From assembly GCA_015068705.1 (NCBI GenBank), contig SVJZ01000006.1, positions 2,851-66,850 on the forward strand: a stretch of DNA of 64,000 nucleotides, written 5' to 3'. The position numbers were made by a program, and so were the translations under genes. Source of the DNA: Oscillospiraceae bacterium (GTDB lineage Bacteria; Bacillota; Clostridia; UMGS1810). Under the pieces are notes generated by a model. The model saw only the letters and a program-made list of their open reading frames with translations. It searched no databases and was not told the DNA's origin. Of the stretch, positions 1-9,288 are shown in pieces (the first letter of the stretch is position 1; the number at the start of each line of letters is the position of its first letter).

Positions 1-855
1 GATGCTGTGCCCATGCCCGGCTCGCCCAATCCCCCTGAACAATTGGCAAACACAGATATTCACAAGCTTGCCATTGTAGCAGAGGGTGTAATGGAACTGA
101 ATCTCTCGGTTGCATTCGTTCCCCTTGGCGCAGGCGAAACAGCTCCTGCAAAGATTCCTCAGGAGGTTGCACTGGCAGACTGGAGTATTCCGGATGGAGA
201 GATGCCTAAGCTGACCGGTCTTACAGTGGATGGTGCTCCGATTGACGGATTTGATGTAAATAAGACCTATTACAATGTGATGCTCTATGATGATGCGATG
301 AATCGTGTTCCTGTGGTTTCTGCTACTGCAGATGCAGGTACTAACGTTAGCATTACCCAGGCGACATCTGTTCCGGGCAGTGCAGTTATAACGGTTGAAA
401 AGGATGGTATCACCAAGACTTACACCATAGGTTTTGACGGCAAGGTGCTCAAACGTGGCGTGATTCGCGGTCAGGAGATTACCGAGTTGGATATCACTGC
501 AAGCCGTTGGGAGACAGAAGATTCTGCACCGATATTCATTTTCGATAATGACTTTACCACACGTTGGTGTTCGTATCCCAAAAACCAGTGGATTCAGATT
601 GACCTGCATAATACAGTTGAGATGAGTGACCTTGACATTGCATGGTATCAAGGTGCAGAACGTAATTATGCATTCCAGATTCTCGTATCCGAAAACGGCG
701 TTGATTGGAATATTGCCTTTGACGGTAAGAGCAGCGGAAAATCCGACCAGTATGAGACCTTTGTGTTGAACGGCACTTACAATGCTCGATATATCAGAGT
801 GGTATGTAATGGTCATGCTACCGGTGAATATAACAACATTTCTGAAATCCGTTAA
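1..855 (+). CDS. 3' fragment of a secreted multidomain glycan-active protein (cadherin-like beta-sandwich + F5/8 type C discoidin domain); 5' end lies outside the window
   Basis: The frame is open from nt 1 and stops at TAA 853-855. Motifs: LTGLTVDGAPIDGFDVNKTYYNV (cadherin-like) and FDNDFTTRWCS..WIQIDL..YIRVVCNG..NISEIR (discoidin). The C-terminal architecture matches the 1455-aa protein at 50238-54605. Confidence 0.8.
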   Translation, partial: DAVPMPGSPNPPEQLANTDIHKLAIVAEGVMELNLSVAFVPLGAGETAPAKIPQEVALADWSIPDGEMPKLTGLTVDGAPIDGFDVNKTYYNVMLYDDAMNRVPVVSATADAGTNVSITQATSVPGSAVITVEKDGITKTYTIGFDGKVLKRGVIRGQEITELDITASRWETEDSAPIFIFDNDFTTRWCSYPKNQWIQIDLHNTVEMSDLDIAWYQGAERNYAFQILVSENGVDWNIAFDGKSSGKSDQYETFVLNGTYNARYIRVVCNGHATGEYNNISEIR

Positions 856-869
856 TGGGGAGGAACACG

Positions 870-2543
870 ATGAAACGATTTTTGATTTGTCTTTTGTGTG
901 TGATCACGCTCGGTATTTCGAGCGTGGCGGCGCAGATGGATGAACCTGCGGCAGACAGTAATACCTATGCGTTGACCCTTTCCGGCAAAAGTGAAACGGC
1001 AAACGGACTTTTATCGGTTGTGGTTACAAAACCGTCGGTTACTATCGAGCAGGTTAACTTAAATACCATTGTAAATCAGACCGCTCTGGTGTATGAGATA
1101 CCCACGGGAGCGGACGGATCCTGGAGCGAGCAATTTATTCTGCCCGCTCCCCAACAGGATTCGGATTACGGCTGGTACAGTGTATATGTAAAAGGCGAGG
1201 CAATGAAACAGTTTTATCTGGCATCCCGCACCGAAATAGTAGGTGCAATTTCTGCAGTGCAGGGTGCAACCACTACGGATGAACTGCATGGTGCATTGGT
1301 TACATATACCACCAATAAAATCCTTCCCATGGATCTTAGCAAGGATTATGCCGTGTATACCAATACACCGGAAAAGAAATCATTTGTGCTCAACTCTATG
1401 CGCAATTTTGTAGACGAGTATGAAACCATGGAAGGGGAAGATGTTACCCTTTGCTTTGAAAAGGCACTGGAAACGGCACGATATGCATATGGCGATGATA
1501 TGGCAATCGAAACGGCACTGACCGATAATTTGTTGGAGATTACTTATGACACTACGGTGGATAAGGCGGAAATTGCCGAAAGATATGTAACGCTTCGTGC
1601 AGATGAAACTTATGATGCAGACGACATTAAAACGACCATTCGCTCTGCCATTGCACTGATTAAAATCAACAGGGCAACCAAGGGTGAGATGACCGATATT
1701 TTTGAAGAATACAACGACGTGCTGGAGCTTGATCTGACAGGCGATTATAGCAAGGTAAACAAGGTTAACGTGAATAAGGAACTGTTGGATGGCAACTTTG
1801 AAACCTTGGACGCGTTTCGCGATGCGTTTGATGTGGCAGTTTCCAAGGTAAAAAAGAGCCAGAACACCAGACCCACCGGAAATTCCGGTGGTGGAGGTGG
1901 TGGCGGAATGGGTGCTACCATTGCCAATGTGGAAATTACCAATCCGGCGGCAAATGACAAGCCAGTGGTGGATATTCCTGCCGTTACCAACGACAGATTT
2001 GATGACCTGGCAGATGCCGATTGGGCAAAGGATTATATCAACGAGCTTGCACAAGCCGGCGTAATCAATGGGGTGGGCTATCGCGAATTTGCCCCCAACC
2101 GCACCGTTACCCGTGAGGAATATCTGAAGATGTTAATGGGTGCTTTTGGCGTTGCGGCAACGGCAGGGGAAACTAATTTTGCCGATGTGGATTCAACTGC
2201 ATGGTACGCGCCTTACATTGCATGGGCGGTGGAAAACGGCGTGATTAACGGCGTGAGCGCGGATGCATTTGGCGTGGGGCAACCCATTACTCGCGAGCAG
2301 ATGGCGGTAATTACCGCAAGAATGATGGAAAAGCGCGGCATTTCGTTGGCGGCGGAAGAGGCAAGCTTTACAGATGGCAGCAACATTTCGGATTATGCAA
2401 AGGATGCTGTAAATAAGATTTATTCTGCACAGATTATCAGCGGAATGCCTGACGGCAGTTTTATGCCGCAGGATAATTTAACCCGTGCACAGGCGGCCAA
2501 GGTAGTTTGTCTGGCAATGAAGGCAGGTGATTTGAGTGAATAA
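870..2543 (+). CDS. SLH-domain surface protein (helical N-terminal region, poly-Gly linker, C-terminal triple SLH)
   Basis: The ORF spans 855-2543; ATG 870 is preferred because it follows a GGGGAGG SD. Signal peptide MKRFLICLLCVITLGISSVAAQ. Linker GNSGGGGGGGMG. SLH repeats DWAKDYINELAQAGVINGV, WYAPYIAWAVENGVINGV, DYAKDAVNKIYSAQIISGM. Paralog of 48406-50124. Confidence 0.85.
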   Translation: MKRFLICLLCVITLGISSVAAQMDEPAADSNTYALTLSGKSETANGLLSVVVTKPSVTIEQVNLNTIVNQTALVYEIPTGADGSWSEQFILPAPQQDSDYGWYSVYVKGEAMKQFYLASRTEIVGAISAVQGATTTDELHGALVTYTTNKILPMDLSKDYAVYTNTPEKKSFVLNSMRNFVDEYETMEGEDVTLCFEKALETARYAYGDDMAIETALTDNLLEITYDTTVDKAEIAERYVTLRADETYDADDIKTTIRSAIALIKINRATKGEMTDIFEEYNDVLELDLTGDYSKVNKVNVNKELLDGNFETLDAFRDAFDVAVSKVKKSQNTRPTGNSGGGGGGGMGATIANVEITNPAANDKPVVDIPAVTNDRFDDLADADWAKDYINELAQAGVINGVGYREFAPNRTVTREEYLKMLMGAFGVAATAGETNFADVDSTAWYAPYIAWAVENGVINGVSADAFGVGQPITREQMAVITARMMEKRGISLAAEEASFTDGSNISDYAKDAVNKIYSAQIISGMPDGSFMPQDNLTRAQAAKVVCLAMKAGDLSE

Positions 2544-5139
2544 GCGTATTATCAGTTTGGCTCTGGTGTTTTGTGTATTGTTAACTATAGCAAGTTTTGG
2601 CTCGGTTGCACAGGCGCAGAAGGATTATACCAAGGCGGTGGAATTACTGGACGGGCTGGATATTTACCATACCGAAAACGGCAACAAGGCGATTACCCGA
2701 GGCGAATTTGCTCAAATGGTATCCAATATTTTAAATCACAATATGCCCCCTGCGGTAACGAATGGGCATTTTGGGGATGTGACTGCCGCAGACAGTTTCA
2801 GTGGTGCAGTTTATAACCTGGCACAGCGCGGCATCATTTCGGGTTACGATGCTACAAGTTTTCGACCGGACGAGCCGGTGTTGCTTGAACAGGCGGTGAA
2901 AATTCTCCTGTCTGCAATGGGGTATGATACATATATTAAGGCACAGGGCGGGGCATATCCTGCACACTACATCACTTTGGCAACTTCCAATGATTTGTTT
3001 GAGGGGATTTCCTGCGCAATCGGTGAGAGTATGACCGGTTATGAGGCAATCCAGCTGGTGGCAAATGCATTGGAAATGCCTATGTTTGCTCAAACCGGTT
3101 ATGGAGATAGTGAGTCATTTGCAATCCGTGAAAATTACACCATGACTACCGAATTTCTAAAGCTGGAGAAAATCGAAGGTGTGATAACCGACAATGGTAT
3201 TACCGCACTGACAGGAAATTCTGCAGTAAAGAGCGGTAATGTAGTGATAAACGGGATTGAGTACTGGTCTGGGGCCTCTAATGCGGAAGAACTTTTGGGA
3301 TATGCGGTGGAGGCGTATGCAACCAACCAAGGCAATAGCAAGGAAACCATTGTATTTGCGCGACCAGGCGCCCGGGTAAATGCCATGGCAGTAAAGGCAG
3401 ACAGACTTTCGACAGGGGATAGCGACTTTTCCGACACCAATATCGTTTTTACCGATATTTACGGTAATGAGGATGAACTGGAGATTTTAAAGGGTGCCGA
3501 TTTTATTTACAACGGCAAGGCGTACACCAATTTGAGAGCCAATGATTTAAAAATTACTGCAGGCGAACTGATTTTGCTAGACAACAACAATGATGGTGTC
3601 TTTGAGGTGGTATTTGTATATGCCCCCACCATTAATGTGGTAAGCACCACCAACGTCGGCGCACAAGAGATCTATGTGAAAGGTAGCAAACTTCCCATTT
3701 TACTGGGAGAGGCAAAGGATGTTAAAATTATCAAAGACGGAAAAAATGCCGATTTGTCTGCCATCAATGAGTGGGATGTGGTAATGGTTTACAAGAGCAA
3801 GGATGGTCAGCTCATTACCATAGATGTGTACTCGGAAAAAGTGTCCGGTACGGTGGATAGCTTTACCAAAACCTCTCACACCATTGGGATTGACGGAGAG
3901 TACTATCATGTCAGTGATGATTCCGTTTTCGACGAGGTTGTTTTGGGTAAAATTTATGAGTTTTGCGTGGATGGCGAACGCAACATCGTTGCAGTGAAGG
4001 AAATCAGCAGTAAGGGAAATTCTGTGGCATATTTTGTGGATGCGGTAAGCTTGGGTGGACTGTTTGGCGGTCTTGAGGTAAAACTGTTTACCGCAAACGG
4101 CATTCATGTTGTGTACTCCTGTGCGCAGAAGGTGAGCGTAAATGGCGACAATAGCATGACACATGAAGAACTCGAAATCCACCTGAAAGACAATGCCTCG
4201 CGCAAGCTGGTTATTTACAGACTCAATGCTGAGGGAAAAATCAGCGAAATTAACCTGCCTTTTGTGGGGGCAGAGTTACCCAGCGACCGATCGGGTGATT
4301 TGCATTTGTATCACGATCAGGGTGGGGAGGAAATCAACTACTACTCGCCCGGCAGAACTTTTAACGGAAAAGTTGTTATGAGTCCGAGCGTGAAGATTAT
4401 TCAGGTACCTTTGACAGATGGTGCACCGGACAACGAATATTCGGTCAACGGGCTCAACTATTTCAAAAATACCAGTAAGTATAAGAATTTTGTTGCATAC
4501 AATTTTGGCGATGAGGATGCAAGAGCGGATTATATTCTTCATTTTGCCGAGGCAAAGAGTGAGTATGGCTATCCGGTCGTGGTGTCTTCGATAAAAAAGG
4601 TATTGACCAGTGACGGTGAAAATCGTGAGTGTATCACCGGTTTTACCACTTCGGGTGCTGTGGAATATACGTCGGCAGAGGAAAAAACATTCTCCAGCAA
4701 AAAAATTGCCATAGGTGATATCGTGCGTTGTGCGCTCAATATCAATGGCGAGGTTGCGGATGTAATCAGAAACTTTGATGGCACCCAAAAAGTGGTGGAC
4801 GATACCACCAAAATTGTAACCTCCATGCCGTACAATCCCGATTCGGGCTTTGTGGGAGATGTTTACCACAACTATGATGGTTTGATTGGTCTGACGACAT
4901 TGGATATGACTCAATCTACTGCTACGGCAATCAAGAACAGTCTTCTCCTGACCGATGTGTCAGCATCCAAAATTTATGTGTTTGACGAAACCGGATACCG
5001 TCCTGAGGTGATTGTTGGAAATGCCGGCTTGGTATATGATTATCTCAAAACCGGCAAGGGCTATTCCACGGTGTTTGTAAACTTCTCGGAGAGCCGTCCG
5101 GTAATGGTTGTGGTATATCAGAAAGGAAACGCACAATAG
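2536..5139 (+). CDS. SLH-domain surface protein with a long beta-rich C-terminal region of unknown function
   Basis: GTG start overlaps the upstream stop by 8 nt. Signal peptide ends in VAQAQ. N-terminal SLH-like repeats (FGDVTAADSFSGAVYNLAQRGIISGYDATSFRPDEP). The remainder consists of repeated beta-strand modules. Confidence 0.8.
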   Translation: MNKRIISLALVFCVLLTIASFGSVAQAQKDYTKAVELLDGLDIYHTENGNKAITRGEFAQMVSNILNHNMPPAVTNGHFGDVTAADSFSGAVYNLAQRGIISGYDATSFRPDEPVLLEQAVKILLSAMGYDTYIKAQGGAYPAHYITLATSNDLFEGISCAIGESMTGYEAIQLVANALEMPMFAQTGYGDSESFAIRENYTMTTEFLKLEKIEGVITDNGITALTGNSAVKSGNVVINGIEYWSGASNAEELLGYAVEAYATNQGNSKETIVFARPGARVNAMAVKADRLSTGDSDFSDTNIVFTDIYGNEDELEILKGADFIYNGKAYTNLRANDLKITAGELILLDNNNDGVFEVVFVYAPTINVVSTTNVGAQEIYVKGSKLPILLGEAKDVKIIKDGKNADLSAINEWDVVMVYKSKDGQLITIDVYSEKVSGTVDSFTKTSHTIGIDGEYYHVSDDSVFDEVVLGKIYEFCVDGERNIVAVKEISSKGNSVAYFVDAVSLGGLFGGLEVKLFTANGIHVVYSCAQKVSVNGDNSMTHEELEIHLKDNASRKLVIYRLNAEGKISEINLPFVGAELPSDRSGDLHLYHDQGGEEINYYSPGRTFNGKVVMSPSVKIIQVPLTDGAPDNEYSVNGLNYFKNTSKYKNFVAYNFGDEDARADYILHFAEAKSEYGYPVVVSSIKKVLTSDGENRECITGFTTSGAVEYTSAEEKTFSSKKIAIGDIVRCALNINGEVADVIRNFDGTQKVVDDTTKIVTSMPYNPDSGFVGDVYHNYDGLIGLTTLDMTQSTATAIKNSLLLTDVSASKIYVFDETGYRPEVIVGNAGLVYDYLKTGKGYSTVFVNFSESRPVMVVVYQKGNAQ

Positions 5140-5149
5140 GAGGAATATC

Positions 5150-7330
5150 ATGCCAATTGTATTTGACAAAGAAAATCGCGTGTTTTATTTGCATACCAAA
5201 CATACCAGCTATATCATGGGCTTTTTGGAGAATTATCTGGTTCATGTTTACTGGGGGAAACGATTGGAAGATATTGGGGAAATGGATACGGCTGTACCTT
5301 ATCGCAGCCGTTCCTGCGCCCCTTACAGTAATCCCGAAAACGCCGACCTGCAGGCGGATCATATTCCGTTGGAATTTCCTACTTACGGAAGCACCGATTT
5401 GCGTATGCCTGCGTATCATGCGCAGTACGCGGATGGAAGTACGGTCAGCGATTTCCGATATGTTTCGCATCGCATCTTTGGGGGAAAGCCCATTTTAAAG
5501 GGGCTACCAGCTACATATGCAGATGAGAGCGAGGCGCAAACGCTTGAACTTTGCATGCGTGATGAAAAGACCGGTGTGGCGCTTTATCTGTTGTACACGG
5601 TTTTTGAGCACAAGGATGCAATTACGCGGAGTGTGCGGGTTGAAAATAACGGAACATCTGTGGTGAATATCCAGAAATTGTTGAGTGCTAATGTGGATTT
5701 TTACGGAATGGATTATGACCTCATTACGCTATGTGGTGCGACCATAAGAGAACGTTATGTACAGAGAAAACCGCTCGCATATGGCACCATGACGGTGGAA
5801 AGTGCCAGAGGTGCATCCAGCCACGGCAGAAATCCGTTTATTGCACTGGTAAGCCGCAATGCCACCGAAAATTCCGGCGAGGCATATGGTATGAGCTTTG
5901 TGTACAGTGGTAATTTTACCGCAGGCGTGTCGGTAGACTTGTATGATATGAGCCGGATGTTTATCGGACTTAACCCGTTTGATTTCAATTGGCGATTGGA
6001 AGCAGGGGAAACCTTTACTGCTCCTGAGGTGGTGATGGTGTATTCTGATTGCGGAATCGGCGGTATGTCCAGAATTTATCACAGCCTTTACCGCGATAAT
6101 CTTTGCAGAGGAAAATATGCAAAGGAACCTCGTCCGGTATTGATCAACAGTTGGGAAACGGTCTATTTTGATTTTAATGAAGAAAAACTGTTGGAGATTG
6201 CCCGAAATGCGAAGGAAATCGGCGTGGAGCTGATGGTATTGGATGACGGTTGGTTTGGTGAGAGAAATGATGACAAATCCTCTTTGGGAGATTGGACAGA
6301 AAACAAAGCCAAATTACCAAACGGGCTAAAAGGTCTGGCGGACAAGGTCGAGGATATGGGCATGAAATTCGGCTTGTGGCTTGAGCCGGAGATGATTTCC
6401 CCTGTCAGCAAGCTCTATGAAGAGCATCCCGATTGGTGTCTGCATGTGCCGGGGCGCACACGGTCTTTGGGCAGAAACCAATTGATACTGGATTTTGCAA
6501 ATCCCGAGGTGTGCGACTACATATATCATGTCATCCGCAACATTTTAAAGAGTGCAAAAATCTCTTATATCAAGTGGGACATGAACCGCAACATGTCCGA
6601 AATCGGGTCTGCATATCTTCCCCCGGAGCGTCAACGGGAAACGGCGCATCGGTATATGCTTGGCCTGTATGGAATGCTGGAAAAACTGGTAACCGAGTTT
6701 GACCAGGTGTTGTTTGAAAGTTGCAGTGCCGGTGGTGGCAGGTTTGATGCAGGTATGCTTTATTATATGCCTCAGACATGGACGAGCGACAACAGCGATG
6801 CGGTGGAGCGGATGAAAATTCAGTATGGTACCAGTCTGGTATATCCGGCACTTACCATGGGGGCGCATATATCCGCGGTTCCCAATCATCAGGTGCACCG
6901 AACCACCAGCATGGAAACGCGTGGTAATATTGCCATAATGGGTCAATTTGGATTGGAGTTGGATTTAAAAAATATTACCGAGCAGGAGAGAGAGGCGGCG
7001 GCAGAGTGCATTCGCCGGTTCAAAGCGCTTCGCAACACCATTCATTATGGTGATATGTATCGCTTGAATTCTCCGTTTGACGGAAATATTGCGACTTGGC
7101 AATTTATTTCGGAGGACAAAAAGCAGGTTGTGATATGCGTATGCAACATCCTTGCAGAGGCAAACGGACCATTTCACATCATAAAGCCGGAAGGGTTAGA
7201 ACCGGATGGCATCTATGAGGATACGGAAAATGGCATTGTGCGCAAAGGAAGTACGCTCATGCAAATCGGGTTACCTCATCTGACTCCTTCGGATTTTGGC
7301 AGTAAGATTTATGTGTTTAACAAAAGATAG
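5150..7330 (+). CDS. alpha-galactosidase, glycoside hydrolase family 36 (cytoplasmic)
   Basis: ATG 5150 follows an AGGAGG SD. Motifs: MVLDDGWF, YIKWDMNR, CSAGGGRFD, WTSDNSDA. No signal peptide. Only 10 nt separate it from the upstream SLH gene. Confidence 0.9.
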   Translation: MPIVFDKENRVFYLHTKHTSYIMGFLENYLVHVYWGKRLEDIGEMDTAVPYRSRSCAPYSNPENADLQADHIPLEFPTYGSTDLRMPAYHAQYADGSTVSDFRYVSHRIFGGKPILKGLPATYADESEAQTLELCMRDEKTGVALYLLYTVFEHKDAITRSVRVENNGTSVVNIQKLLSANVDFYGMDYDLITLCGATIRERYVQRKPLAYGTMTVESARGASSHGRNPFIALVSRNATENSGEAYGMSFVYSGNFTAGVSVDLYDMSRMFIGLNPFDFNWRLEAGETFTAPEVVMVYSDCGIGGMSRIYHSLYRDNLCRGKYAKEPRPVLINSWETVYFDFNEEKLLEIARNAKEIGVELMVLDDGWFGERNDDKSSLGDWTENKAKLPNGLKGLADKVEDMGMKFGLWLEPEMISPVSKLYEEHPDWCLHVPGRTRSLGRNQLILDFANPEVCDYIYHVIRNILKSAKISYIKWDMNRNMSEIGSAYLPPERQRETAHRYMLGLYGMLEKLVTEFDQVLFESCSAGGGRFDAGMLYYMPQTWTSDNSDAVERMKIQYGTSLVYPALTMGAHISAVPNHQVHRTTSMETRGNIAIMGQFGLELDLKNITEQEREAAAECIRRFKALRNTIHYGDMYRLNSPFDGNIATWQFISEDKKQVVICVCNILAEANGPFHIIKPEGLEPDGIYEDTENGIVRKGSTLMQIGLPHLTPSDFGSKIYVFNKR

Positions 7331-7359
7331 AGTTATGTATGAATGAAACGGAGTGTTAT

Positions 7360-8130
7360 ATGATGCATATGCGAAAAAGCAGTATTTTAAGAAAAATTAG
7401 AGCCGGTGAAACGGCAGTATCCTGCAAGTTGAATTTTTCAGACCCCAGAGGAGCAGAGCTTGCGGCGATGTGCGGTTTTGATGCGCTTTGGATTGACCTG
7501 GAGCATGTTCCCGGCGGATTTCATGATGTGGAGAATATCGTAAGGGCCGCAAAAAACCATGATTGTGATGTAATTACCCGTGTGGCAAAGGGGTGTTACA
7601 GTGACTATATCAGACCCTTGGAGGCGGATTCTGCGGCGATTATGGTACCGCACCTGATGAGCCTTGCCGAGGCAAAAGAAATTGTGTATTATACCAAATT
7701 TCATCCCGTTGGCAGACGTCCCATCGACGGAGGAAATGCCGATGGTTCGTATTGCCTGATTGACGGGAACGAATATATGAAGCAGGCAAACCAAGAAAGA
7801 ATTACCATTGTGCAGATTGAAGATCCTGAGCCTTTGGACGAATTGGAAGAAATTGCGGCTCTGGACGGCATTGATATGCTGTTTTTCGGTCCGGCAGACT
7901 TTTCGCAGGGAATCGGAACTCCGAATGATTTTTCCAATCCCATGATTGCAGAAACCAGAAAACGGGTGGCAGAATGTGCGGCACGCCATGGAAAATATGC
8001 CGGTACAACAGGAAGCCCCGACAATTTTTATGAGCTAAAAGCGTTGGGTTACCACTTGATTAACGTGACTGCGGATGTGGTTGTACTTGGCAGAGAGTAT
8101 AAAGCGGCGCTTGAAAAAATAAGCAGATAA
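7360..8130 (+). CDS. HpcH/HpaI-family aldolase (2-keto-3-deoxy sugar acid aldolase-like)
   Basis: Motifs: FDALWIDLEHVPG, IVQIEDPE, MLFFGPADFS. The ORF opens at 7339, but ATG 7360 sits 6 nt after an ACGGAG SD. The exact start is uncertain. Confidence 0.8.
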   Translation: MMHMRKSSILRKIRAGETAVSCKLNFSDPRGAELAAMCGFDALWIDLEHVPGGFHDVENIVRAAKNHDCDVITRVAKGCYSDYIRPLEADSAAIMVPHLMSLAEAKEIVYYTKFHPVGRRPIDGGNADGSYCLIDGNEYMKQANQERITIVQIEDPEPLDELEEIAALDGIDMLFFGPADFSQGIGTPNDFSNPMIAETRKRVAECAARHGKYAGTTGSPDNFYELKALGYHLINVTADVVVLGREYKAALEKISR

Positions 8131-8155
8131 CATTATTTTACACGAGGTGAATACA

Positions 8156-9193
8156 ATGAGTAAAAAAATCAAGTTGGGTATCATTGGTGCAAGCAGTTTT
8201 GCGCAGTACCACCTGGATGGTATTGCGGAGTGCAAGAATGCCGAAGTGGCAGTGATTTGCGATATTGATATGGAACGTGCCAAAAAACTGGCAGATAAAT
8301 ATAATATTCCGGAATACTGCGAAAATTACCATGATGTGTTAGCACGCGAGGACATTGATGCAGTTACCCTGCCTTTGCCCGACCAGGTGCACTGCCAGGT
8401 GACGGTGGATGCACTGATGGCAGGCAAGCATGTGTTGTGTGAAAAACCTATGGCGCTGAATCTAGATGATTGCCGCAAGATGATTGATGCCGCAAAGAAG
8501 AGTGGCAAGCAGCTGATGGTTGGTCAGATTTGCCGCTACACCGATGCATTTATCAAGGCAAAAGCCATGGTGGAAGATGGTGAAATCGGCGAGTTGTTCT
8601 TTGTGGAGTCGGAGTATGCACACGATTACTCCAGAATTGGCGGTGTGGGTAACTGGCGTGTAACTCCTGAACGTCATCCCATCGTGGGTGGCGGATGCCA
8701 TGCAGTCGATTTGCTTCGGTGGATTGCGGGCAATCCCGAAGAGGTAAAGGCATATTCCAACAACAAAGTGCTTACCGATTGGCCCATTCAGGACTGCACC
8801 ATCGGCATTTTTAAGTTCCCCAACAATGTAATCGGTAAGGTAATGACTTCGGTTGGCTGCAAACGTAATTATACCATGCGCACGGTTCTATATGGTACTG
8901 AGGGCACCATTATTGTCGACAATACTTCTCCGACACTTTCTATTTTCAAGGATGTATTCAGAGGAGAAGAACGCTACAGAGGTGGCTTGCAGGAGAATGT
9001 GGAAATCAAAGTTCCGGTGAGCATCAACAGTCATAATACGGCTGCAGAAATCAGTGATTTCTGTCAATGTCTGCTGGAGGATCGTCCGGTTCCGACCACC
9101 GGAGTTGAGGGAGCAATTACCGTTGCCGCTTGCCTTGCAGTGGTAGAAGCAGCAAAAACCAACGAAAATGTAAAGATTTCTTACGATTTTTAA
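8156..9193 (+). CDS. Gfo/Idh/MocA-family NAD(P)-dependent oxidoreductase
   Basis: N-terminal Rossmann motif KLGIIGASSFAQ and the family motif CEKPMAL. ATG 8156 follows a GAGGTG SD. Confidence 0.85.
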   Translation: MSKKIKLGIIGASSFAQYHLDGIAECKNAEVAVICDIDMERAKKLADKYNIPEYCENYHDVLAREDIDAVTLPLPDQVHCQVTVDALMAGKHVLCEKPMALNLDDCRKMIDAAKKSGKQLMVGQICRYTDAFIKAKAMVEDGEIGELFFVESEYAHDYSRIGGVGNWRVTPERHPIVGGGCHAVDLLRWIAGNPEEVKAYSNNKVLTDWPIQDCTIGIFKFPNNVIGKVMTSVGCKRNYTMRTVLYGTEGTIIVDNTSPTLSIFKDVFRGEERYRGGLQENVEIKVPVSINSHNTAAEISDFCQCLLEDRPVPTTGVEGAITVAACLAVVEAAKTNENVKISYDF

Positions 9194-9288
9194 ACTGTTA
9201 TTTCATAAAAGCTGATATTTTCTGTATGGATTTTTACGATCAAATGCATTTTTAGATGGATTGCAGTGCATAGACAAAGGGTGATTAT

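Noticed and set aside
1887-1907. GGN-rich tandem-looking DNA (also 49510-49533)
   Set aside because: It is not a CRISPR or a microsatellite feature. It encodes the in-frame poly-Gly linkers (7 and 8 Gly) that precede the SLH domains of the two paralogs.
5108-5149. Upstream extension of the GH36 ORF. Similar extensions occur at 855, 8147, 15174, 23627, 24702, 28995, 30747, 43580, 45277 and 46874-46936.
   Set aside because: Internal ATG/TTG codons with well-spaced SD sequences give N-termini that match the families. The extensions overlap upstream genes or terminators.
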